A stretch of DNA of 64,000 nucleotides from a virus (taxonomy: Duplodnaviria; Heunggongvirae; Uroviricota; Caudoviricetes): the IMG/VR virus record IMGVR_UViG_3300048625_000166; one strand, given 5' to 3'. Made by a program: the position numbers and the translations under genes. This document shows, piece by piece, positions 31,278-41,370 of this stretch. How positions within the stretch are numbered: position 1 is the first letter of the stretch; every line of letters begins with the position of its first letter. Below the pieces are notes generated by a model. That model had not been told where the DNA came from. It saw only the letters and a program-made list of their open reading frames with translations, and did not search any database.

Positions 31278-32195
31278 TCAATTTCCTTCTACAAAGTTAC
31301 GAACCCATGCTAAACGAGCTTGCTCGTCCATAGCAGTGTACTCAACAATGTTGGCACGAATAGCGTCAACAAGTGGATAATACTCCTCGTCTAGGTTTTG
31401 CTTGATATCTTTGTTCATATCAACCAATTTATCTGTACGAGGATTACGTGCTACCCACTTAGAGGTCAAGTAGTAAGGACTCTTGATCTTGGAGCTAACT
31501 CCATCTTGTGTATAGAACACATAGCCTTCATGCTTACATTCCTTGACTAAGTTCTTTAGTTGAGCCAGATTAGTTGTTACACTTTCTGGTACAAAACAGT
31601 TGAACATTGCGCCAAGTTCTTTCAACATGAAAACATCATGACCTACCTTAGAACCCCATGCGTTCTCACGATGACCCAAGATGTACATACCTGGCTTTTC
31701 AATCACGATATGTGGATCGTTAGGATGTACGCACTCAAACATGAAAGTCATGTCACGGCAGTCGTCACCCATGAGTGCCATTTGCCAGTCTGTCCAAGGC
31801 ATGTGCTTTAGCATCATTTCTTTTGCCATGGTAACAAAATCACTGTCAGTAGAACCAGTAGTAGATACCAATACATCGCCATTGTGCCAAGTCACTGAAA
31901 CCATAAAGCCATTGACCTTACGGAAAGCAGTCACTTGAGTATCATCGGACAACACAGGTGCTTCTTTTTCGATACCATAATTGTAGATTTTTGTGAATGG
32001 ATATGCAACTAGGTTGAAATCCTTGTCAACAATCGTACCACGGCATTCAGCAATGTAGTCGTTCCACAAGTTATCGTAGAACACTTTCTTCTTGTACTTT
32101 AACACATAGATGCCGTCGCCAGCCTCTTTCATGTTCACAAGGCCAGAAGTCTCTACGTAGTTTTTCAATTCATCTTTAAACATCTTTAGTTCCAT
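31278..32195 (-). CDS. T4 RNA ligase 1 (Rnl1)-like protein
   Basis: ECRG...PFTKIYN, motif I RKVNG, FECVHP, EGYV, KIKS nucleotidyltransferase motifs. Confidence 0.85.
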   Translation of the reverse strand: MELKMFKDELKNYVETSGLVNMKEAGDGIYVLKYKKKVFYDNLWNDYIAECRGTIVDKDFNLVAYPFTKIYNYGIEKEAPVLSDDTQVTAFRKVNGFMVSVTWHNGDVLVSTTGSTDSDFVTMAKEMMLKHMPWTDWQMALMGDDCRDMTFMFECVHPNDPHIVIEKPGMYILGHRENAWGSKVGHDVFMLKELGAMFNCFVPESVTTNLAQLKNLVKECKHEGYVFYTQDGVSSKIKSPYYLTSKWVARNPRTDKLVDMNKDIKQNLDEEYYPLVDAIRANIVEYTAMDEQARLAWVRNFVEGN

Positions 32196-34368
32196 TTTGT
32201 TGAAGACTAGATACGTATTTTACATCATACCATCCAATTGAGCAATACTTTCTATCAAGTATTTCTGCTTGCAGACGTTTGCCGTTGTCATATTTGACAG
32301 AAAGCAACACATATCCATCTTCACCTTTTTTGCCATCAAGTAGCACAAATTCGCCAATGTCTTGTAGAGTAATTGCAGTCATTCCTCAACTCCGAAAATG
32401 TTCCTCTACACGATACGATAGTGTTCCAGTATCTTCTCCACGGTTGTTGCGAAGTATAGTCTGAAATTCTTCCACCATCAACTCGGCGAACTTTTCCAAG
32501 TACCACGCTGGAATATTCATGGTATGAGTGGTTGAACCGTGATGTGTTGCCTGTTCAGCAAGTTGCTTAATTCGTTCGTTCATTTCACAATCTCCACTCG
32601 ACCTTCGTCGATCATTTTATCCCACGCTTGGCAACGATATCCGTTGCAAAAACTTTTGTACACTGTACCGTCTTTTTTGATTTTCTCAAAATTGTAGCTT
32701 TGACGGCGAGGGTCTTCTTTGTCTTTGCCGTAGCAGAATGGGGCCCAGATATGTTTCACACGATACAACCCAGTCTTCCAGTCATCACATTTGTGAATAC
32801 CTGGAATAGTTTCATTCAGTTTTACAACATCACCGACTTTGAGTTTGAACATTACTTTGCTCCTAGTTTAGCTATCATACGTTGTTGTGCAATGAACAGT
32901 GCCTTGGCTTGGTCTTCGTTATTGATTCTTTGTGCCTTGGCGGCATCACGATATTCAATAACTAGATCAGCACAGATTGTAACACATTCCCGAATAAGCA
33001 ACTCGGCAAACTTCTCAAGATGCGGCGCGATGCACAATTCAGTGCCGTATTCCAGATGATACTCTGGAATTTTAGCCTTTTCTGCAAGTTCTTTAAATTG
33101 TTTGTTCATTATTCAACTCCGAAATGTTCTTTGATTCTGTCTTTAACAACTTGGGAAATATTGCCATTTATACCATCTTCACGAGTATACCAAACCTGAT
33201 CTATACATTCCCGAACAATCAGCTGGGCGTGTTTACCAGCGGCAATGGCATAGTAAATGTCATTGTATCTGCGTTCAGCAGGCACAACGCTGTCTGCATA
33301 TTCAATAGCCTGCATGTACAGTTCTTGAATTCGTTCGCTCATAATATTACCGTTGAGTAAAAAGTCGGTCATCCACAAACAGCGTATACTCATGCTCTGC
33401 TATTCCGGGAATAGGATCGGAGACACTGATCATTACTTTGAGTTTCTTTCCTAGAAAGAAGTCAATCAATGTATGCAGGTCTTCTTCTACAACAGCATTA
33501 TGCTGATATCCGTATTGCTCAAGTTTAACTGAGCCTGCCCAAGAGAAAATTAAAACTTTGTTCATTTTACAGTCCAAGTAGTTCACGTTCTTCGTCACTA
33601 AGCAGTTCATTTACCTTACGTTGAGCTTCACGCTTAACTTCTAGTCGGCGTTGTGCTTCTCGTTGTTCTTCTTCAAGTTGATCAAGTTTCCATTCCAGAC
33701 TATCTAAAGTGTCTTGAGTGTCAACATTCCAACTATAGCTAAGTTCATATTCGGAGTCATATCGTTCACGACTATTCTTCACCACGAACAATCCATTTCG
33801 CACTTTAAGATCCATGTCGTATTGATTGTTCAGGCGCTCGAATGCCGCCATCAATCGCGCAGGATACTCACGAGCCTGCTCTGCCAAACGATTTACTTCT
33901 GCTTGACGTTCACGCTCTTGGCGTTCAGCTTTTGTTTCTTTTGCCATATCTTTTGCCCAGTTACGTGCGTCACGTTGTTTTGTAGTTTCACGTACCATTT
34001 TAGGCTCCTAGTTACATATATTTCAATTCGTCCAGTGCTTCTGCATATGCAGATGCTTCATATTGTTCCATCAGATTGGAAGTAGGACTAGTGCTTTGTG
34101 CAGGATAACGTGCTTTGCTCATAACACGATCAAGCAATGTTTCACGTGCCTGTTCGATTGTGCAAACTTCTTCGCCTTCGCGTGGAGTAAATGAATACAC
34201 CAACATGGTAGCTACTTTCAATCGTGCCGCATTGTGAAATGCATCGAGGCCCCAGCTAAGTGCGTGTGCAGGATCTTTATCCAAGGCTTCTTTGAATTTG
34301 TCGATTTTTGCTTGAGCTTGCTCGGCGATTGCGGTGAACTTCTTGAGTGCTTTGGCTGACATTTTGGG
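32176..34368 (-). other. Run of small hypothetical CDS including three MNERI-family members (32386-32583, 32852-33109, 33109-33342)
   Basis: Packed overlapping ORFs; shared EKFAELxVREC motif. Confidence 0.6.
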
Positions 34369-34393
34369 CTCCAGTGTGTTAAACAATGACTGT

Positions 34394-34422
34394 ATTATAT
34401 GCCCAAAATGTTTTGTTGTCAA
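34394..34422 (-). promoter_or_regulatory. Early sigma70-type promoter
   Basis: TTGACA-17-TATAAT with TTTTGG in the spacer. Confidence 0.75.
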
Positions 34423-34427
34423 CCGTT

Positions 34428-34892
34428 TTACTGAGCGTACCAGATTTCTTTGAAGCCTTCGTCTTCGGTAGGAGGATCGTAACTCTCAATCATGTTTTTC
34501 ATCACATGCTCAGGAATGTTTTTGCCAACTCGTGAGTTCAATCGACGATCATGTTCTTCCTTCTCAGGAGTCTTAAAGACCACCGCGATAAACTCATAAC
34601 CAGGCAACATATTGAACTTGCGTTCACGACTGCGAATGGTAGTAGAAGTCTGGTCCCAGATCACATCCAAGTTGTTTGCATGACAGACTGCCGCCTGATT
34701 AGCCATCAACTTAACAGCAATAGGCATGTAGTCTTTGAACACTTCATTGTAAGTCTTGCCTTGGCGAACTGCCTCAGCTTCAACGAAATTGTCAGTAGAA
34801 ACAACAGGCATGTCCTTGGTCCAATCTTGGTTCTTAATCCAAGTAGACTTGCCTGCGGCAGGCACACCAATCAACATATAACACTTAGGCAT
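34428..34892 (-). CDS. P-loop polynucleotide kinase (AAA_33, T4 Pnk kinase-like)
   Basis: LIGVPAAGKSTW, VSTD, IWDQT, R..R lid motif. Confidence 0.8.
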   Translation of the reverse strand: MPKCYMLIGVPAAGKSTWIKNQDWTKDMPVVSTDNFVEAEAVRQGKTYNEVFKDYMPIAVKLMANQAAVCHANNLDVIWDQTSTTIRSRERKFNMLPGYEFIAVVFKTPEKEEHDRRLNSRVGKNIPEHVMKNMIESYDPPTEDEGFKEIWYAQ

Positions 34893-34901
34893 ATTTTCTC
34901 C

Positions 34902-35309
34902 TTACTGAAACACTGTCTTTGCTACGGTTGATGCCAACTTGCCGTCATACTGACCGGCATATGCTTCTTTCAAATGTTTCATGAATGAAGGCATGCTCTC
35001 GTGATGGAGGGCAATTTCACGAAGGGCGCCTTCTCCAAGTTGCTGAGGCAAAAACTGTTCCAAAACTTCGCGTTCGACCACGAATTCAACGAATAGTTGA
35101 TTACGAGCTTGAAGGGCGGCAATGGTTTCATCGATATTCTTGATGAATTTCTTTACCACAGCAACAACTTCTTGGTCAGTAGTTTCTCGATTGGCATTCT
35201 TACCAACCATGCTAGCTTCGCCCAACAGCGTAGTCAACAGACTCGCTTGTGGATCACCGGACTTACGTGCGGCAACTTGTCTTGTTTTGATTTGTTCCAT
35301 CAATGTCAT
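34902..35309 (-). CDS. GatB/YqeY-domain protein
   Basis: AARKSGD...LLTTLLGE...TDQEVVAVVKK...LEQFLPQQL. Confidence 0.8.
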   Translation of the reverse strand: MTLMEQIKTRQVAARKSGDPQASLLTTLLGEASMVGKNANRETTDQEVVAVVKKFIKNIDETIAALQARNQLFVEFVVEREVLEQFLPQQLGEGALREIALHHESMPSFMKHLKEAYAGQYDGKLASTVAKTVFQ

Positions 35310-35319
35310 TTTGTTTTCC

Positions 35320-35862
35320 TTAGTGATGGGCGCGAATTTCGCCCTTTAATGCATCAGCAATCATATCATCTAAATTGCTAACTACTCGACCAGTTGCGTC
35401 AAATGCAACATCACGGGCACGATATTTCTCCATGCCAGTTTTGTTACCATGAACATGTCCATAGAAATGAACACTGCCACGATGCATTTGGTCCCATTCC
35501 CAGATAGGGTAGTGCAACATAATCACGATTTGTCCATTGTGATTATAACGCAAATATTGATGAACTTCTTTAAACTGAAGGCGAAACAATTCATCCTGCA
35601 ACAATTTGCGGTCATGATTGCCTTCAATCAAAATCTTTTCACCATTTAATCTGCATAAGATATCAACTGCATCTTTTGCAGGCAAGAAAGCAAAGTCACC
35701 CAAGATGAATGTTTCATCTTCTGGAGCTACCTTACTGTTCCACTCTGCAATCATCTTCTCTCGCATATCTTCTACATCCTTAAAGCCTGCCCGAGTTACT
35801 GGACAGAACTTCATGATGTTTGCGTGACCGAAATGCAGGTCACTTGTAATCCATTTTGTCAT
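35320..35862 (-). CDS. Calcineurin-like metallophosphoesterase
   Basis: SDLHFGH, LGDF, GNHD, HGHVH-like YGHVH. Confidence 0.9.
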   Translation of the reverse strand: MTKWITSDLHFGHANIMKFCPVTRAGFKDVEDMREKMIAEWNSKVAPEDETFILGDFAFLPAKDAVDILCRLNGEKILIEGNHDRKLLQDELFRLQFKEVHQYLRYNHNGQIVIMLHYPIWEWDQMHRGSVHFYGHVHGNKTGMEKYRARDVAFDATGRVVSNLDDMIADALKGEIRAHH

Positions 35863-37439
35863 TTTGTTGTCTTTCTTAAACTTTTCTCAAACCATTCAGT
35901 TAGGTATGAGTTTTGACTAGTAACATTGTCCTCGTAGAACTCTTGTTCTGCGGCAACACGAATCATAGTGTATAACTCAGTGATGCGTTGTGGATGATCG
36001 AATCCTTGACGCACTTGCTTACGAAATACGCGAGTCAAGAACCAACGTTCAAATTTTGTCATACGTATTCCTTATTCAAACGTTCACGTGCGGCACTTGC
36101 GAATTCGCTGATGTTACCACACTTATCTTCCCAACGCAACAGATTTCGACAAGTGTAACCAATGTCACGCTTATTGTAGCAAACTGCTTCCTGATTTACT
36201 TCACCATTAACCAACACACGGCAGTGATAGTTGCCATTGATATTGCGAACAGTTACTTCATGTTCTACTGCACCAACGAGACAACGCTGGATGCGAATGA
36301 GTTGTTTATATCGTTCCATGTTATTCTCCAATGTACTCACGAACCCATTCAAACTTAGCTTCGCTAGCTTTGACCCATTTGAATTGTTCACGGCGTCTGT
36401 TAATCTTGTCAAAGTCGAAACATATAAAGATCCAACCTTTGTCCTCTGAGAACATGACGGTATCTTGGACTTTGACAATCTGTACGATTTTGTCTTTCAT
36501 CTTTGCTACAATCATCATTATGTTCTCCGGTTAATGCATGTATTATATAACCAATTCCATTTAATGTCAACCGAATCTTGCTTTGTCAGGAAAGAGTCGT
36601 CTTGCATCAATTCTAGCCTGTAGATAAGTTTCTACCACTTGAGTATCCATTTTCTTAAATCCAGATTTAAGCAAAAAGAATAATTCATCCTTCTCAGACT
36701 CTACAGTAACTGCGTGTACATCACCTTCGCTGATTTTGGCAACTGAGTTGCAAATAAATGTTATCTGCACTCCCAGTTCTCGTGTTAACACATCAGGTCC
36801 AGTCATGTCACCTGGGACATAATCATACTGATAGGTATTAGGAACGTCAACGTAGAATACGTAGCTCATGTGCGTTCTCGTTGTACTCGGCCTATACGTG
36901 CTGACTTGTTCCAGTCATACTTTACACCGTCAGGAGTCTTACCGTCTACAACAGAGTCAACTCCAAACATACCCACGATTTCAAAGTCCGGACCTGTGAT
37001 AGTCACAAACTCGTTCATCTTCTTTGCGTACTTCATAGCTTCGTCCAACGACAAAACTTCATGTTCTACACTCTTACCTTTTACTTTATACATTAAAGTC
37101 ATTTAAACTTATCCTTTTCAATCCATACTTGTTTGATATTTCTATGTGATCGGCAATTGCCTCTTTCTTTGTTTTATATCGTCCTAACACCGCACTCTCA
37201 CCATTACCATAAAAGATACAACTTTCATATGGGGCATACTTATACAAGTCGCCATCTAATTCAACTGTGCTTAGTGAGATATCAGCTGGGAACATCCAAA
37301 CATGATCATCGCTTACAATTTGCCAACGCTTGCTATGCATACTATTAAGTGTCACCAAGTTGTTGCGGACTACGCTTAGGGATGATAAGTCCGGATTCAA
37401 GTTCGATTCCATTAATTGTATGAGGCTCGTTTTCGTCAT
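35859..37439 (-). other. Run of small hypothetical CDS (35859-36062, about 36059-36318, 36321-36518, 36567-36869, 36866-37102, 37086-37439)
   Basis: Packed ORFs; promoter at 36542-36570. Confidence 0.55.
36542..36570 (-). promoter_or_regulatory. Early sigma70-type promoter
   Basis: TTGACA-17-TATAAT with GGAATTGG in the spacer. Confidence 0.75.
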
Positions 37440-37851
37440 AAGTCCATCCCAATGCTTTCATCATCTTGTGCTTTACTAGCAAGTTAGGACTGCGAAACAC
37501 TTCTGTGTCTTGAAATCCCATCATTACGCCAATCTCACAAACTGCGCCACTACGACACACACCGGCATGACAATGAACAATCACGTTCATGTGATTTTCT
37601 TGTGCATGTTGTAGCAATCGAACTAGTTCATCGGCTTGCTCTTGACTGCATCTCCATGCTTCGTCAAGTGAGTAATCATTTGCTTCAATATCAAGAAACT
37701 CAAACTGATGAACTTCTTTGAATTTGTACAAGGGAGTAGGAAATTCATAAGCAGGATCAACAATTTGAATCAGCATTGCATTGTCGCCAGGGTTGATATG
37801 AAACCCTTTCTTGATATCACTGAGTGATACGTTTTGAATCCACATTGTCAA
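37345..37851 (-). CDS. CX5R (dual-specificity/tyrosine) phosphatase-fold protein
   Basis: VHCHAGVCRSGAV, preceded by FLDIE acid loop. Confidence 0.85.
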   Translation of the reverse strand: MTMWIQNVSLSDIKKGFHINPGDNAMLIQIVDPAYEFPTPLYKFKEVHQFEFLDIEANDYSLDEAWRCSQEQADELVRLLQHAQENHMNVIVHCHAGVCRSGAVCEIGVMMGFQDTEVFRSPNLLVKHKMMKALGWTYDENEPHTINGIELESGLIIPKRSPQQLGDT

Positions 37852-38276
37852 TCCTCTCGAAACATTTTAATCATGGGTCCGTCAAGATAATCTCGACCTG
37901 GATCCATGTCACTGTAAACAGTCTTACTACCAAACTTCTTTTTCAATCGTTCATATTCAGCTAGTTCTTTGGCTTCTTTCGCCGCCTTGTCGGCTTTGTT
38001 TTTTGCTTTAGTTTTAGCTTCAACTGCGAGTCGTGCGTTATATTCTTTGTCAGTTTCTTCACGGCGTTCACGCAACTTTAATTCTTTGCCACCATCATAG
38101 CCGTAGTGTTCGATATCGAAATACACATCACGATTGCCCATTTCTTCTCGGAGTGCCTTCATGCGTTCGATGATTTCCTCAGGAGTTCTACCGTCAAACT
38201 CACAGAAGTCAACATACTCATTTGCTTCAACATCTAAAATTTTACGTTTGCTCATATTATCTCCAAAGTAAATCAA
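37848..38276 (-). CDS. Hypothetical protein
   Basis: 142-aa ORF. Confidence 0.6.
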   Translation of the reverse strand: MIYFGDNMSKRKILDVEANEYVDFCEFDGRTPEEIIERMKALREEMGNRDVYFDIEHYGYDGGKELKLRERREETDKEYNARLAVEAKTKAKNKADKAAKEAKELAEYERLKKKFGSKTVYSDMDPGRDYLDGPMIKMFRED

Positions 38277-38928
38277 AGTTGCCAGCTAGTACTTTAGTAG
38301 CATTAGCAACTTTACCTGTTAAGTGATCTTGAACTTTATCATCTTGGAAACGATATGTGCGAATCTTGTCACCGCGCATGCCAGAACCAACCTGAGTCTT
38401 TCTATCACTAGCTATTTCGTTATTGTACATCATTTGGTTATTGCTGTCAACACGTTCTTGTATTGCACTCAATGCTTCGTTATAGCTATTCTCACGGCTA
38501 CGACATTGAGCCGTTGCAACTACGCCGCTTGGGATGTGCGTGATTCTGCAACTGTTTTGATGCTTGTTACGATGTTGACCACCTGCACCAGTGCCACTAT
38601 ACCATTCGATTCGTAAATCTTTTTGTTGTATAGTTGTTGTGATTTTAGCAGGATCGATAACGGCAACTGTCACTGTGCTTGTATGCACTCGACCTTTGCG
38701 TTCTGTTGGCGGTACACGTTGTATTCTGTGTCCACCTGGCTCGTTGTATAAGCCGGATAAATCAGTACCCTCTATCTCTAGATGGATCTCGCCTTGATGC
38801 TCATTTATCAGGCGGGTAGTTCAGCCGAGCTTGGAAGCCATGCGAATATAAGACTTCGCTAAATCTTTTACAAACAACTTACTGTCATCGCCACCTTCTG
38901 CGGCTCTAATCTCAATTACACGTTTCAT
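38257..38928 (-). CDS. Class I peptide chain release factor (RF1-like, lacking domain 1) with an in-frame UGA at codon 36
   Basis: AAGGAG RBS; IEIRAAEGGDDSKLFVKDL...KLG*TTRL...EPGGHRIQRVPPTERKGRVHTS...GAGGQHRNK...RTYRF in one 224-codon frame. Confidence 0.85.
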
Positions 38929-38953
38929 GATATTCTCCTTTAATTGTGTTGAG

Positions 38954-38960
38954 TATTTAT
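38954..38960 (-). promoter_or_regulatory. Late promoter motif upstream of the release factor
   Basis: ATAAATA. Confidence 0.55.
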
Positions 38961-39393
38961 TATACACTATAAATCCGTATCTGGAAATAAGAATGGCCGG
39001 ACACTTCCACCACAGAAGCCCCGGCCTTAGTTGTTTACACTGTCTCACGTTATAGTTTCTGGAAACTACTATTCGTCAACCTAGGGCTTTGTCCGTATCC
39101 TGAAATTGGATCGTGTAGTAGTCCCTATGCACTAAACTACGTTGTGGTTGTAGTCAATACCTCACACATCATAACGACTGTGTGACGCCGGGTTTTAGGT
39201 TTGATATGTCACTAAATGCTCAATCCTGAGAAAGATTTTACGGCATGCCAGCATTTTTTACTGTGAACAGAAGGTGTCTCGGATACTATTTTAAACTTCT
39301 TCATATCAAATTAGGGGTTGAATGATTAGGCTGACTCCTGGGCGTCCCCTGGCTTTATTTAAAGTGACTCACACTCACCTAATCAATCAGTAG

Positions 39394-40815
39394 TTACGAC
39401 AAGTCGTAACGTGTCTTCATCACTGTCTTCAACATGACGGCTTCTGGTGTGAAGTCTTCCAAGTCGTTAGACAATACAGAAGTTGCTAGTGCTGGGCTAA
39501 AGCCTGACACTAGTGCAGTACCACTCTTATCGAATGACACTGGTGTGTTACCGTAACTTGCGTTCAAGTTCCAGAAGACAACTTTTGGAAGTGCGTAGCC
39601 TGCGGCTTCGTACTTACGTGCGATCATTTGCATCGCGGTGTCGTCATGCTTAACACATTGGTTAAATTGCATGTCTGAGAAGATAACAAGAGTTTCAGGC
39701 ATTTCTGCTTGTGGAACACTGTTTTCTGTCGCAGTCTTCAGGATCTTTTCAAACGCCTTGTGAAGGTCTGTACTCATATCCCAGTTAGACTTGACCATTT
39801 GGTCAATCTTTTGGTTGATGTTACCCTTTAGGTGCATCAATTCTGGCTTGCTTGAGAAGGTCAAGAAGGTATCTTTGAACTTACCCTTGTTCTTATCAGC
39901 AAAGTACAAACCTAGGCTAACAGCAACTTCCATGCAAGACAGGTTGCTCTTAGAGCCATGACCACCTGCTGGACAAGACATTGAACCAGAAACGTCAACC
40001 AGAGGAAGAACGTTTGCATCGCCAACGTAGTTAGGCATTGCTTCCCATTGCTTTTGGATCAAGTCAGTTTCAGTCTTGTTAAACTGCATCCAACCACCAA
40101 TACGACCCTTCAGTACGTCATATGGGAACACTGCGCCTGCGTTAACCTTAACACCAGCTTCGCCCTTAACGAGCTTAGTTACATATTCAGCGTATGTAGT
40201 ACCATGACGGCCAAACGCTTTCTTGTAACGTGCATGTGCCACTGAAGGAACATGTGAGTAGTTGATGTTATCCCAATTTTGGGCACACATTTGTGTTTCA
40301 ACAACATTAGTAAGGCCGACTAGGCTCTTACGATATTGTTTAGGGGTCATTCCGAAGAATTGACGGATTTCACGTGCTACTTCACCTTTACGTGGAGTCC
40401 ACTTAGCCGCAAGACCGTTACCTGCACGTAGTGCATCGCCGAGCATAGTGTATGCCTTGGCCTTCACAGGCTGAGTCTTAAACACTAGCAAGTCGTCGTA
40501 ACGACCCAATTCTGGAATCTTAGCCATCAAACGCATTGCGTCTTCTGGGTTAGTCTTTTCCAAGTGAACGAGGATGTCTCGGAAGACTTGACGTTCACCT
40601 GAACCACCACGTGCATCACGTGCCCATTGAGCGATACGCAATGCAAGATCAGAGTTCTCTACATAAGCCGCTGTGAAAGCCGGCACGATGTTTTTACCAC
40701 GGCTTGCACCGATGTTGTAAAACAAATCAACACATGCGTTAGCACTTGATTTGCGAGCCTTCATACCATTGGTGGTACGAGTTGATTGATTCTTAACTGC
40801 TTCTGCGAATTGCAT
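39394..40815 (-). CDS. DUF2828-type helical plus vWA protein (Ro60/TROVE-like architecture)
   Basis: WARDARGGSGER, PELGRYDDL, LAAKW.P; MIDAS LVDVSGSM, TFS, IFSDMQF, VFWNL. Confidence 0.8.
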   Translation of the reverse strand: MQFAEAVKNQSTRTTNGMKARKSSANACVDLFYNIGASRGKNIVPAFTAAYVENSDLALRIAQWARDARGGSGERQVFRDILVHLEKTNPEDAMRLMAKIPELGRYDDLLVFKTQPVKAKAYTMLGDALRAGNGLAAKWTPRKGEVAREIRQFFGMTPKQYRKSLVGLTNVVETQMCAQNWDNINYSHVPSVAHARYKKAFGRHGTTYAEYVTKLVKGEAGVKVNAGAVFPYDVLKGRIGGWMQFNKTETDLIQKQWEAMPNYVGDANVLPLVDVSGSMSCPAGGHGSKSNLSCMEVAVSLGLYFADKNKGKFKDTFLTFSSKPELMHLKGNINQKIDQMVKSNWDMSTDLHKAFEKILKTATENSVPQAEMPETLVIFSDMQFNQCVKHDDTAMQMIARKYEAAGYALPKVVFWNLNASYGNTPVSFDKSGTALVSGFSPALATSVLSNDLEDFTPEAVMLKTVMKTRYDLS

Positions 40816-40842
40816 AGTAACTCCTTTCTATGTGTGTTATGC

Positions 40843-40908
40843 AACAGGATGCGCTTTTAGTTTCATCTATGAATTGAAATTTTAAAGTTTGCTGAATGCA
40901 TCCTAAAA
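40843..40908 (-). ncRNA. Y-like RNA A1 (RGGWT-N3-TN-CAGCA family), in the leader of the vWA gene
   Basis: AGGATGCATTCAGCAA...GCGCATCCTG; internal hairpin TTTCA-ATTCATAGA-TGAAA. Confidence 0.7.
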
Positions 40909-40913
40909 CTTGA

Positions 40914-40941
40914 TTGTACTACAGTAGTCATTGTATGTCAA
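40914..40941 (-). promoter_or_regulatory. sigma70-type promoter for A1 and the vWA gene
   Basis: TTGACA-17-TACAAT. Confidence 0.7.
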
Positions 40942-40960
40942 CTGTAGTTCGAAAAATAAA

Positions 40961-41114
40961 ACAGGATCGTTGTTGACTGCTTTTTGAATAGGGCCATCAC
41001 TCCTATTGCGATAGATGCATTTCAATAACTACCTTCAAAGTCCGTAGACTCCAGTAGTTACCATGCGATCCATCAGTTCCAATAAAGTAAATTATTGCTG
41101 TACCGATCCTAAAA
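40961..41114 (-). ncRNA. Y-like RNA A2
   Basis: AGGATCGGTACAGCAA...AACGATCCTG enclosing about 125 nt of hairpins. Confidence 0.65.
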
Positions 41115-41119
41115 ATAAA

Positions 41120-41370
41120 CGGGATGTTTGAACGTAGTTTATTTTATTGTCTGGTTGAGTCTAACTCACCTTTGCAGGACTTACGTTCCTCAACCATATC
41201 AACAATTCATGTTGACTATCTAGTAATTGAGTCTGCTACTAGCAACATAGAATGTCTTTCCATTCTGTCGTCTATTCCCTGAATGCTTAGTTGCCTAAGA
41301 GTATTGCTACTGTCTCCCGACCACCTTCTATAGCTGATAGTTTGATTTTTAAATGCTGAACACATCCCAG
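41120..41370 (-). ncRNA. Y-like RNA A3
   Basis: GGGATGTGTTCAGCAT...AAACATCCCG enclosing about 220 nt; TACAAT -10 box just upstream. Confidence 0.65.

Noticed and set aside
11208-37348. Plus-strand ORFs within the early region (e.g. 11870-12460, 16921-17340, 29330-29773, 32628-33059, 34551-34931)
   Set aside because: They are shadows of the packed, promoter-supported minus-strand genes
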